The notes below the pieces were generated by a model. The model was not told the DNA's origin and ran no database searches. It saw only the letters and a program-made list of their open reading frames with translations. This document shows, piece after piece, positions 1 through 7,234 of a stretch of DNA of 26,151 nucleotides. The DNA is from a virus. Lineage: Duplodnaviria; Caudoviricetes. Made by a program: the position numbers and the translations under genes. Numbering within the stretch: position 1 is the stretch's first letter; each line of letters opens with the position of its first letter. The DNA is taken from the IMG/VR virus record IMGVR_UViG_3300017777_001854, positions 1-26,151 of that record; one strand, written 5' to 3'.

Positions 1-300
1 GATAAGGATATAGAAACTGATGAAACAACCCTACAATTAAAATCATATTCTTTTGTTGAAGAAAAAGTTAGTGATGATGATGTAGAACTTTTTACTTGTA
101 TGTTTGTTGATTTCAAGGAAGATGATAGGAACTATGATGAATTGTTTGATATGTGGGTTAAACTTACCTTCAACGAACAGAACGATAGTATCCGCTATTA
201 CAAAAACTTTATCAAGTATCAAACTTCAAGGAAAAAACAACTATCATTATTTTTTTACTTAAAAGATAAAAAATATAATTGGACTACTATTAGAAAATGA
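1..300 (+). CDS. C-terminal part of a gene entering from the left, possibly a phage replication initiator
   Basis: Frame is open from base 1 (DKDIETDETT...) into the 100..300 ORF. DKDI-type charged linkers are typical of phage replication initiators; function is inferred. Confidence 0.4.
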   Translation, partial: DKDIETDETTLQLKSYSFVEEKVSDDDVELFTCMFVDFKEDDRNYDELFDMWVKLTFNEQNDSIRYYKNFIKYQTSRKKQLSLFFYLKDKKYNWTTIRK

Positions 301-311
301 TTATATTTATA
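278..311 (+). promoter_or_regulatory. Putative promoter, TATATTTATA class
   Basis: TATATTTATA at 302-311 with TTG ending 20 nt upstream (279-281). The motif recurs before other genes. Confidence 0.5.
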
Positions 312-314
312 TTC

Positions 315-398
315 AAGGGGGGGTTCGCTTTCTAATAATGTTTCCCATATCATTATTCTTTTATTCAGTTATGTCCTATAATAAAACCCCCCTTTTTT
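315..398 (+). ncRNA. Putative structured small RNA or leader ending in a U tract
   Basis: Outer stem AAGGGGGGGTT (315-325) / AACCCCCCTT (385-394) runs into a T tract. Inner hairpin AATAATG (334-340) / CATTATT (351-357) has loop TTTCCCATAT. Confidence 0.45.
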
Positions 399-413
399 AA
401 TACTTCAACGAAT

Positions 414-734
414 ATGGAAAATGATGACGAATTACTGATTAGAAGGAAGCGTGTTGATGAAGAAGGTGAATGGGAATACGAATGTAGGTATTGTGATAAA
501 TGGCTCCCCAAGAATAAGTTTAGGGGTTGTATTGATTACATAGATGCTTACGGGAATTGTTTAATGTGTTCTTCTTGTAGAGCAACAAAAGGACAACTAA
601 ATCAAAAAACAAATATGCGAAGAGAGGCTGATATAATTTTTACTAACTTGGGATATGACTTATCAGGTGAAGTTCCAATTTATATTCAATTTCATCAAAG
701 ACATAATTTACCGATTAAAAAGAAGGACTTGTAA
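414..734 (+). CDS. Zinc-finger-like protein
   Basis: CRYC...F...CSSC arrangement of two CxxC pairs. Confidence 0.55.
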   Translation: MENDDELLIRRKRVDEEGEWEYECRYCDKWLPKNKFRGCIDYIDAYGNCLMCSSCRATKGQLNQKTNMRREADIIFTNLGYDLSGEVPIYIQFHQRHNLPIKKKDL

Positions 735-742
735 TATTTATA
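733..742 (+). promoter_or_regulatory. TATTTATA motif
   Basis: AATATTTATA lies 4 nt before the ATG at 747. Confidence 0.4.
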
Positions 743-746
743 CAAT

Positions 747-1025
747 ATGAATGATGTAATAACGACAGCGATAATAGGTTTCATTTCAACGATAGTGGGA
801 TATATTGCTGGTAATAAAAAAAACAGAGCAGAAGTGAATGCTCTTGAAATTGAAAATGTTAAAGAAGTAATATCAGTTTATACTATGGCGATAAACGACT
901 TGAAGACAGAAATTAAAGAATTAAAGGAACAGGTAGAAAAATACCAAGTTCATATTGAAAAACTACAAACTGAACTTTATACTTTAAGAAGTCAAATGAA
1001 CCTTGATGTAAGACCCGCACTATGA
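747..1025 (+). CDS. Membrane-anchored coiled-coil protein (holin-like or lysis-associated)
   Basis: N-terminal hydrophobic helix VITTAIIGFISTIVGYIAG, then a basic patch, then a heptad coiled coil. Confidence 0.5.
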   Translation: MNDVITTAIIGFISTIVGYIAGNKKNRAEVNALEIENVKEVISVYTMAINDLKTEIKELKEQVEKYQVHIEKLQTELYTLRSQMNLDVRPAL

Positions 1026-1324
1026 TAATTGATTATACCGAAGTAGAAGTAGAAGAGTTCTTTAACCTAGCCGTTGAAGACAGAAAGAAGGTTATAGAAT
1101 TAGGGGTTGATGTATTGTTTCAACAGATACTAATAACCGCACAAATGGTAGATATGTTGCCATCACAACTTCTAAATAATACTTTGGCTTCAATAGAAGA
1201 ACAAATCAAGTATCATACAGAAAACGATAATTTTGAGTTATGTTATTATTTTACAGAAGTGTTTTGGGAAACAAATAAACGATTAGATAATTTAAGAAAA
1301 AATAAAGATGGGGTGTGGTTGTAA
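1022..1324 (+). CDS. Hypothetical protein with a UVR (UvrB/C)-like C-terminal helical hairpin
   Basis: IEEQIKYHTENDNFELCYYF resembles the UVR E-x-Y/F-E-x-A/C motif. ATGA overlap with the upstream gene. Confidence 0.45.
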   Translation: MIIDYTEVEVEEFFNLAVEDRKKVIELGVDVLFQQILITAQMVDMLPSQLLNNTLASIEEQIKYHTENDNFELCYYFTEVFWETNKRLDNLRKNKDGVWL

Positions 1325-1496
1325 GCAAAATCCTTTACAGAAGGTAGAAGGACGAATTGGTAGTCGTGGTTGGGGAAGTATAGCCAATAGTGAATTGCGT
1401 TTAATAGACGAGTTCATATTCAGTAAATTAGGGGTAAGACCATCTACCCAACAGGAAAGGATTGAAATGTATGGAACAGCCAAATCAACCAAATAA
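1308..1496 (+). CDS. Small hypothetical protein with MGCGCK N-terminus
   Basis: 62 aa ORF overlapping both neighbours; N-terminal CxC motif. Confidence 0.6.
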   Translation: MGCGCKQNPLQKVEGRIGSRGWGSIANSELRLIDEFIFSKLGVRPSTQQERIEMYGTAKSTK

Positions 1497-1908
1497 AAAA
1501 CCTGGTAGATATGTTTATTCAAGGGAAGCCAAGAATAGACATTCAACGATACAAAAACAAAATTGTATCATCAATAAACTAGCCGAAGGTAAATCGGTAA
1601 AACAGAGCACCAAACTATGCGGTTGTAGTGAAGTTTCTTACTACAGGTGGAAGAAGTATGACGAAGAGTTTAAGGATAAGATTGAAGAATATTTCCAGAT
1701 TGAACTGGAACAAGCAGAAGAAATCTTAAAACAATCTTTAAGTGAAAACCCAAATCTATTACAATTCTTTCTAAAACACCGACACCCCGAATACAAGGTT
1801 AAGCAATCAATAGAATTGAACCACACAGGTTTAGATAAAATTGAAGTCCGTGTTATACTACCGACAAATTACCAAGATACTACCCCTGACGAACCTGAAG
1901 TTCTTTGA
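1471..1908 (+). CDS. terS: Terminase small subunit
   Basis: HTH (SVKQSTKLCGCSEVSYYRWKKYDEEF), helical middle, LLQFFLK...PEY motif and IELNHTG tail. The ATG at 1471 is preferred over the TTG at 1462. Confidence 0.75.
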   Translation: MEQPNQPNKKPGRYVYSREAKNRHSTIQKQNCIINKLAEGKSVKQSTKLCGCSEVSYYRWKKYDEEFKDKIEEYFQIELEQAEEILKQSLSENPNLLQFFLKHRHPEYKVKQSIELNHTGLDKIEVRVILPTNYQDTTPDEPEVL

Positions 1909-1946
1909 TGACTGCCATTATTAAAAACGGGTTCTACGGGATAGAC

Positions 1947-1981
1947 AAAAGGAAGATGTAAAAAATCTTCCTTTTTTTTTT
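1947..1981 (+). terminator. Intrinsic terminator
   Basis: AAAAGGAAGAT-gtaaaaa-ATCTTCC followed by T10. Confidence 0.85.
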
Positions 1982-1989
1982 GTGCTTTG

Positions 1990-2022
1990 TTTGGCGGTGT
2001 GGTGTAAATCGCCGTATCTTTG
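1990..2022 (+). promoter_or_regulatory. Bacteroidota primary-sigma promoter
   Basis: TTTG (1990-1993), 21 nt spacer, TATCTTTG (2015-2022), matching the -33/-7 consensus. Confidence 0.75.
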
Positions 2023-2054
2023 TAAGACACTAAACAACTATAAAAACTACGACT

Positions 2055-2309
2055 ATGAAAACTAAAGAAATCACTATGGACGCACGAGTAATCTTGAACG
2101 AAGCAATCACTAAAAAAAGTGTTGTTGAAAAAAGTATTGTATTAGACAGAATGGTCGCACACCCAATCCACCCCTACTTGATTGAAGTGATTGCTGGTGT
2201 TATGGACGATAGTATGAAGAACAACAAATCAAACGAGGTGATGATTGCCAACATCAACACTTTTCTACAATTATGTATTTATAGGTTCAACGGAAAAAAA
2301 ATCCACTAA
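2055..2309 (+). CDS. Hypothetical protein
   Basis: 84 aa ORF directly after a promoter and leader. Confidence 0.7.
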   Translation: MKTKEITMDARVILNEAITKKSVVEKSIVLDRMVAHPIHPYLIEVIAGVMDDSMKNNKSNEVMIANINTFLQLCIYRFNGKKIH

Positions 2310-2312
2310 TCA

Positions 2313-2344
2313 CTTGTATAATCCAAATATTATCCCGAACTTTG
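2313..2344 (+). promoter_or_regulatory. Bacteroidota-type promoter
   Basis: CTTG, 20 nt spacer, GAACTTTG (one mismatch to TAnnTTTG). Confidence 0.6.
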
Positions 2345-2378
2345 TAAGACACTAAACAACTATAAAAAATAAACGACT

Positions 2379-2585
2379 ATGACCCACAACCAAAAACAAC
2401 AACAGGAAAACTACTTCAAGATGGTATTGAACTTTTCTTACCCGAACGCAACTTATCTTTGGCCTGACGAAAACGCATCTTACACTATCGTAGATGGTAA
2501 GTTCAGTCCAAACAATTCAAGAAGTCGTAAAGTGATGATGGCGACTACTGGTAAAACATTCCACGAAACTTTTATGGTAAAATAA
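2379..2585 (+). CDS. Hypothetical protein
   Basis: 68 aa ORF after the repeated leader. Confidence 0.7.
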   Translation: MTHNQKQQQENYFKMVLNFSYPNATYLWPDENASYTIVDGKFSPNNSRSRKVMMATTGKTFHETFMVK

Positions 2586-2587
2586 TT

Positions 2588-2836
2588 ATGAGAAGCAAAC
2601 GAGAAAACCAAGCAATCACCTACGAAGAAGGAAAGATTACACAGATATACGCAACCTACTATGTAGAACACAAAGGGATTGAAACCATTTGGTATATCAA
2701 TACTGACTGGTATTGTCCCCAACCTGAAGAAAACCCTTATTGGAAAGTTGATGATGAAAATGTTGAAGACAAAATTGTAGAACACATCAAGTCAAAGTTC
2801 CGTAAGTTTGTTAAAACTTTTAATATTTCTTTGTAA
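2588..2836 (+). CDS. Hypothetical protein
   Basis: 82 aa ORF starting 2 nt after the previous stop. Confidence 0.65.
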   Translation: MRSKRENQAITYEEGKITQIYATYYVEHKGIETIWYINTDWYCPQPEENPYWKVDDENVEDKIVEHIKSKFRKFVKTFNISL

Positions 2837-2851
2837 TATAAAAACATTTAG

Positions 2852-2861
2852 TATATTTATA
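2852..2861 (+). promoter_or_regulatory. TATATTTATA motif
   Basis: Exact copy 3 nt before the ATG at 2865; TTTG at 2830-2833. Confidence 0.5.
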
Positions 2862-2864
2862 GAT

Positions 2865-3398
2865 ATGGGAACAAAGGCAATTTTTAAGATTTACGACAAC
2901 GGAAAGTTCGTAATGGGTTCGTGGGTTAAATACGATGGTGGTATAACCAGCACATCAGTATTTCCCTATGTGATGAAAGCACTTACACTATCAACTAAAG
3001 AATACTGGTTTAACAAGTTAAATAATTTCATACTTGAAAAAAACTATACCACTATGTTTGGTGATAAGAAAAAACCATTCAGTCGTCAAATCAACGATGA
3101 TGGTATGACTGAAGCAGAAATACTATTTTGGGATATTTCTTTAAGTGATAAGAAACTTATGGACGAAGGAATATGGGCGGAATACATATATGAAATCCGT
3201 TTCACAAAATCGGGGGTTAAAATCAAGATTGTCTATAATAGTAATGAAAAAATCTACACCATCAAAAATGTATGGGACAATAACGAAACCAGTAAGATTT
3301 TGGTAGATGTCGTTAAATGGGTTGATGATATTGATTATGGATTAAACGATTGTAATTGTGGTGAAGACAATAACGAAATAACAGAAGAAAATATATGA
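2865..3398 (+). CDS. Hypothetical phage protein (MGT...YDG...EYxY type)
   Basis: The ATG at 2865 is preferred over the non-ATG start at 2808. It resembles an uncharacterised phage family that begins M-G/S-T-R and has a DG motif (from memory, not searched). Confidence 0.6.
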   Translation: MGTKAIFKIYDNGKFVMGSWVKYDGGITSTSVFPYVMKALTLSTKEYWFNKLNNFILEKNYTTMFGDKKKPFSRQINDDGMTEAEILFWDISLSDKKLMDEGIWAEYIYEIRFTKSGVKIKIVYNSNEKIYTIKNVWDNNETSKILVDVVKWVDDIDYGLNDCNCGEDNNEITEENI

Positions 3399-3775
3399 AA
3401 GGTTCAAGCAAACTAACGGAACAACAGGTTCAAGAAATAAAACGATTATTCGCAACAACGATGTTGTGTGATGGGGACATCGCAGAAATGTATGGTGTAT
3501 CAAGACCCCACATAAACGCAATCCGTAATGGAAAGCATTATACAAATATTCCAAATGAAATAGTGGGTTTTACGACCACGCACACTATGATTGGGGGATA
3601 TGACTATTCATCAGGAATTAGTGTCGTAGAAACGAACTATGGTATGAAATACTTGATTATCAACTACATCAACGATGAGGTCTTCCACGACTGCGGAACT
3701 TTGTATAACGAACAACCTGACTATAACACATTCAGGGATAGACACGACCAGTTTGTAAGACGATTTGTAAGATAA
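3395..3775 (+). CDS. HTH DNA-binding protein
   Basis: SKLTEQQVQEIKRL...DIAEMYGVSRPHINAIRNGKHY resembles the HTH at the C-terminus of phage HNH endonucleases. No HNH motif is present. Confidence 0.7.
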   Translation: MKGSSKLTEQQVQEIKRLFATTMLCDGDIAEMYGVSRPHINAIRNGKHYTNIPNEIVGFTTTHTMIGGYDYSSGISVVETNYGMKYLIINYINDEVFHDCGTLYNEQPDYNTFRDRHDQFVRRFVR

Positions 3776-3906
3776 TGAAAATACCAAGACAACGAAAATC
3801 AAACCATAGAAGAAGGCAGGATAGAATTGCCATCATCTTACAAGCGATAGTATGGACTATAGAATTAAACAGACAGGTAAAAAATATTAAATATTATCAG
3901 GGATAG
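3775..3906 (+). CDS. Small basic protein, 43 aa (not in ORF track)
   Basis: TAATG coupling; MKIPRQRKSNHRRRQDRIAIILQAIVWTIELNRQVKNIKYYQG; ends in TAG and fills the gap. Confidence 0.5.
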   Translation: MKIPRQRKSNHRRRQDRIAIILQAIVWTIELNRQVKNIKYYQG

Positions 3907-3938
3907 TTTGGCAGTATCAAAACTTATCCGTAATTTTG
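3907..3938 (+). promoter_or_regulatory. Bacteroidota primary-sigma promoter
   Basis: TTTG, 20 nt spacer, TAATTTTG; ATG follows 7 nt later. Confidence 0.7.
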
Positions 3939-3945
3939 TATCACT

Positions 3946-4170
3946 ATGAAAGACAAACTAAAAAACAAAGAGACCTTTATGGGAGTGGAAGAAATCCATA
4001 CCCTTATGTTAGTAGATGATGAAGACAAAAACCTTTATCTTGGTATGGAAGTATTCAATATGAAAAAAGACAAACACGAACAAGTTGTTTTAATTATTCG
4101 TCCTGAAGACCACGAATATTTGTTGAACTATCTTTTGGAAAAAAAGATTGAAAAAGATTTGGTAGGTTAA
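3946..4170 (+). CDS. Hypothetical protein
   Basis: 74 aa ORF after a promoter. Confidence 0.65.
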   Translation: MKDKLKNKETFMGVEEIHTLMLVDDEDKNLYLGMEVFNMKKDKHEQVVLIIRPEDHEYLLNYLLEKKIEKDLVG

Positions 4171-4189
4171 AAAAAAAGTATTATATTTG
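4158..4189 (+). promoter_or_regulatory. Bacteroidota primary-sigma promoter
   Basis: TTTG, 20 nt spacer, TATATTTG, followed by the TAAGACAC leader shared with the 2018 and 2340 copies. Confidence 0.75.
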
Positions 4190-4214
4190 TAAGACACAAC
4201 TGATAAAAAAAAAT

Positions 4215-4532
4215 ATGGAAAAGAAAAACACAATCCCGACATCACTATTGAAAGAAATTAGTGATAAGAACCACAAGACACAGAAGACAGGATATTCTAT
4301 TGATATGGATATGCTGATGGCAGCACACCCTGAAATGACCGAAATTGAGTTTTACGAACCCGCAGTATATCGTGGGAATAGTGGAAAACTTTGTTTCCAA
4401 GTTTGTTTCGTAAATCCTGGTAGAGGATTATGGTTGTCGCAATCTATGACTAAATCACAAGTTCAACAAATCAACAAACTAACAGGGGCTAATTTGTTTG
4501 ATATTGAAAATGTTTATGAATTACAAAACTAA
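4215..4532 (+). CDS. Hypothetical protein
   Basis: 105 aa ORF with A-rich leader. Confidence 0.7.
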   Translation: MEKKNTIPTSLLKEISDKNHKTQKTGYSIDMDMLMAAHPEMTEIEFYEPAVYRGNSGKLCFQVCFVNPGRGLWLSQSMTKSQVQQINKLTGANLFDIENVYELQN

Positions 4533-4543
4533 AAATATAGGAT

Positions 4544-4810
4544 ATGATACAAATAACAAAAACAATCAAGGTGAAAGCCGACTACGACATCGTCAGGGAT
4601 TTTGATAGTGTTGAAGATTTATTAAACGAACTAAAACAATATGGTTATGAAGGTGATTATGATGAAGACAGCCAAGAGTTTAATGACGCATTAAATGAAT
4701 ACTTTGATGAACCATTACACACCAAAGCAACGGCTAATTCTAACAACCAACATTACATAGATAATATTGAAATTGATACTAAAAACTTTTCAACCTATTA
4801 TACCTTCTAA
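4544..4810 (+). CDS. Acidic hypothetical protein
   Basis: 88 aa, strongly D/E-rich core. Confidence 0.7.
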   Translation: MIQITKTIKVKADYDIVRDFDSVEDLLNELKQYGYEGDYDEDSQEFNDALNEYFDEPLHTKATANSNNQHYIDNIEIDTKNFSTYYTF

Positions 4811-4812
4811 CT

Positions 4813-5022
4813 ATGGCACAAAGTAAAGAAAGACAAATCGCATCACAAAGTTCTATGAAGTTGGTTCTTGATTGGGCTACGGCTTGTGATAAGTGTTTAA
4901 CTATGAAGGAACTTGTGGGAATGTCCGTAGTCCTTGTAGATTATGTAGAAAACGGATACAGCGCTGAATTGGGTAAAAGATTGGATACAATCCAAGACCA
5001 CATAGACAATAAGAAAAAGTAA
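4813..5022 (+). CDS. Hypothetical protein
   Basis: 69 aa ORF, last gene before the terminator. Confidence 0.65.
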   Translation: MAQSKERQIASQSSMKLVLDWATACDKCLTMKELVGMSVVLVDYVENGYSAELGKRLDTIQDHIDNKKK

Positions 5023-5042
5023 GTGATGCTCCTATAACACCA

Positions 5043-5071
5043 AAGACCCTGACGAAAGTTGGGGTTTTTTT
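5043..5071 (+). terminator. Intrinsic terminator
   Basis: AAGACCCTGAC-GAAA-GTTGGGGTTTT stem with GNRA loop and T tract. Confidence 0.75.
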
Positions 5072-5097
5072 GTTATGTAGTTTTTTAACATATAAAG

Positions 5098-5107
5098 TAT
5101 ATTTATA
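5098..5107 (+). promoter_or_regulatory. TATATTTATA motif upstream of the terL/tail operon
   Basis: Exact copy between the terminator and terL. Confidence 0.55.
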
Positions 5108-5136
5108 GAAGTCAGGGGAAGGACAACAATTTCAGT

Positions 5137-6312
5137 ATGGAAGTCAAAGTATCAACATTATATTTAGATATAGACAAAGCAGTCAAGGAAGGTAAAAGAA
5201 AAATATTCCTTCGTGGTTCTTCTAGAAGCGGTAAGACCTACCAAACCATAGCCTATCTAATTCTATATGTTTTACAGAACCCCAACACGACAATTACAAT
5301 CGTAAGGGATACACTTGTTTCAATCCGTAATTCCGTTCTATTGGACTTTCAGGAAGTAATGAACCAAATGGGTATGTATAACCCCGAACAATTCAACAAG
5401 ACAGAAGTAATCTACAGATTTGATAATGGTGGGTTAGTTAGGTTCTTGGGAGCAGATGATGGTTCAGGTAAGTTGCGTGGTATGAAACAAGACATAGTAT
5501 TCATCAACGAAATTACATCAGTCAGTCAAGATGCCTTTATTCAATTAGATATTAGAACCAGTAGGTTCATCATCGCAGATTACAACCCATCGGCTAGTGA
5601 AGATTGGTATGTATATGACTTGGAAGAAAACCCCGACAATCAACTTATTATTAGCACCTACAAACAAAATCCTTTTTTAGATGATAGGATTGTAAAATCT
5701 ATTGAAGGACTAAAAGATATTGACCCTGAAATGTATGAAGTGTATGCGTTGGGTAAGAAGATTAAACCCCGTGAAACAATCTTTATCAACTGGGAAATTG
5801 TAAATGAAGCACCAAGATATTCCAAGATGTTAGGGGTCGGGATAGATTGGGGATATTCCAACGATGAATGTGCGTGTGTGTGGGGACTTATCAACGAACC
5901 TGATAATGTAATCTACCTGAAGGAAGTATTCTATGAAAGGGGATTGTCTAGTGATGATATATTATTCAAGATGAAAGAAGGGGGATTACAGAAGACCTTT
6001 GAGATTATTTGTGATAGTAGTGAGCCCCGTATGATTGACGAATTAAAGAAGGGTGGATATTCCCGTAGCCGTGGGGTAAAGAAGGAAGCAGGGTCAGTCC
6101 TGTATGGTATAACCGAAATGAAGAAATACAAACTACAGATTGACGCATCATCAACGAACCTTATAGAAGAATTAAAGAACTACAAATGGTTCAAGGACAG
6201 GTCGGGAAACATCACAAGTAAGACAACAGGAAGAGACCACTTATTAGATGCGAGCCGTTATTTGATTACGGAAATTACCTACAAACCAAAAGTGAAATAT
6301 AGTTTTATGTAA
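5137..6312 (+). CDS. terL: Terminase large subunit, PBSX/SPP1 type
   Basis: Walker A GSSRSGKT, Walker B DIVFINE, DYNP coupling motif, nuclease motifs GIDWG, DSSEP and DHLLDA. Confidence 0.95.
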   Translation: MEVKVSTLYLDIDKAVKEGKRKIFLRGSSRSGKTYQTIAYLILYVLQNPNTTITIVRDTLVSIRNSVLLDFQEVMNQMGMYNPEQFNKTEVIYRFDNGGLVRFLGADDGSGKLRGMKQDIVFINEITSVSQDAFIQLDIRTSRFIIADYNPSASEDWYVYDLEENPDNQLIISTYKQNPFLDDRIVKSIEGLKDIDPEMYEVYALGKKIKPRETIFINWEIVNEAPRYSKMLGVGIDWGYSNDECACVWGLINEPDNVIYLKEVFYERGLSSDDILFKMKEGGLQKTFEIICDSSEPRMIDELKKGGYSRSRGVKKEAGSVLYGITEMKKYKLQIDASSTNLIEELKNYKWFKDRSGNITSKTTGRDHLLDASRYLITEITYKPKVKYSFM

Positions 6313-6313
6313 T

Positions 6314-6478
6314 ATGAAAATTAAACGATTAGGAAAGAAATACGATTACGATTACAAGATGGTTGTAATGAAAGGTGAATACCATAAGTTGCTAAAAGAT
6401 TTAGCCGAAAAAGAAAATAAACCATTAGGTAAGATGATAAGTATATTAGTGAAACATTATGAAAGTAGTATTAGGTAA
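6314..6478 (+). CDS. Ribbon-helix-helix-like DNA-binding protein, 54 aa (not in ORF track)
   Basis: MKIKRLGKKYDYDYKMVVMKGEYHKLLKDLAEKENKPLGKMISILVKHYESSIR: a strand followed by two helices, as in Arc/CopG. Confidence 0.65.
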   Translation: MKIKRLGKKYDYDYKMVVMKGEYHKLLKDLAEKENKPLGKMISILVKHYESSIR

Positions 6479-7073
6479 AAAAGAATATGGGATATTACCC
6501 ATCACGATAGAGCAGTATGAATTACTGAAGAATAACCCCGACATCAAAGCAACAGAATTGATTACGATGATGACTGGTGCCCCGATTGAAGAAGTTAAAC
6601 AAGCACCCTTCGCACAAGTATCATTTGTCGCAAAGATGTTGATGACTGAATGGGGTAATACAGATACAACCCCGTTAGAATTGGTGGTTGATTTCAAGGG
6701 GGTTAAATATGGGTTGATTAAACCATCACAAATATCTTATGAAGAATGGATAAACTTGGAAGTGTTTATGGCTGAAAGTCCATTAGATTTAACCAAGTTG
6801 GCAGTCCATCTATACAAACCATTATCATCAAAAAAAGAAGGTAATGAAAGGGAACTAATCCCCTATTCATTAGACGAATGTATGGGTCGTGTAAATGACT
6901 TTAGACAATTCCCAATTACAAACTTGTTTTCAGCCCTTTTTTTTTTAACAACTTTCGTTCAAGAACTTATGAAAGTTTCCCTATTATCTATGGAGACGAA
7001 AATGATAGGGAACAAAGCAAAAAACAAAGCAAAGCCAAAGATACTACGCCAGAACAAGTCCAACAATCCGTAA
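6459..7073 (+). CDS. Tail assembly chaperone, zero-frame product
   Basis: 204 aa with ISYEEWINLE motif and an internal T10 slippery run. Confidence 0.65.
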   Translation: MKVVLGKKEYGILPITIEQYELLKNNPDIKATELITMMTGAPIEEVKQAPFAQVSFVAKMLMTEWGNTDTTPLELVVDFKGVKYGLIKPSQISYEEWINLEVFMAESPLDLTKLAVHLYKPLSSKKEGNERELIPYSLDECMGRVNDFRQFPITNLFSALFFLTTFVQELMKVSLLSMETKMIGNKAKNKAKPKILRQNKSNNP

Positions 7074-7234
7074 TTGACTTCTATTATCAATCACTTATGT
7101 TGTGCGCTCAAGACGATATACTGAAGGTAAATCCTGTGTTAAAACTTGAACTATATGAGGTAATGGGGTATTTATCTTATAGGTTAGACAAGGCACATAA
7201 AGAAAACCAAAGAAACCAAAAAGCAATACAATAA
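6459..7234 (+). CDS. Tail assembly chaperone, -1 frameshift product (about 258 aa)
   Basis: The -1 frame is open from the T run to TAA 7232-7234 (NNFRSRTYESFPIIYG...FYYQSLMLCAQDDILKVNPVLKLELYEVMGYLSYRLDK...). Its stop overlaps the next ATG. Confidence 0.75.
6937..6947 (+). promoter_or_regulatory. -1 ribosomal frameshift slippery site
   Basis: CTT TTT TTT TTA contains in-frame T TTT TTT and T TTT TTA heptamers. Confidence 0.75.

Larger units (their letters stand above)
2018..2368 (+). repeat. 29 bp direct repeat covering promoter end and leader
   Basis: CTTTGTAAGACACTAAACAACTATAAAAA at 2018-2046 and 2340-2368, each followed shortly by ACGACTATGA. Partial copy TTTGTAAGACAC at 4186-4197. Confidence 0.9.

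Noticed and set aside
2018-2368. 29 bp repeat as a CRISPR array
   Set aside because: Only two full copies, about 290 bp apart with a gene between; no cas genes.
1884-5056. CCCTGACGAA at 1884 and 5047 as an insertion target duplication around the island
   Set aside because: Only 10 bp, a 9 bp copy also occurs at about 2463, and there is no integrase or transposase.
5047-5060. CTGACGA...GAAA as a hammerhead ribozyme core
   Set aside because: No stem II between the motifs; it folds as a simple terminator.
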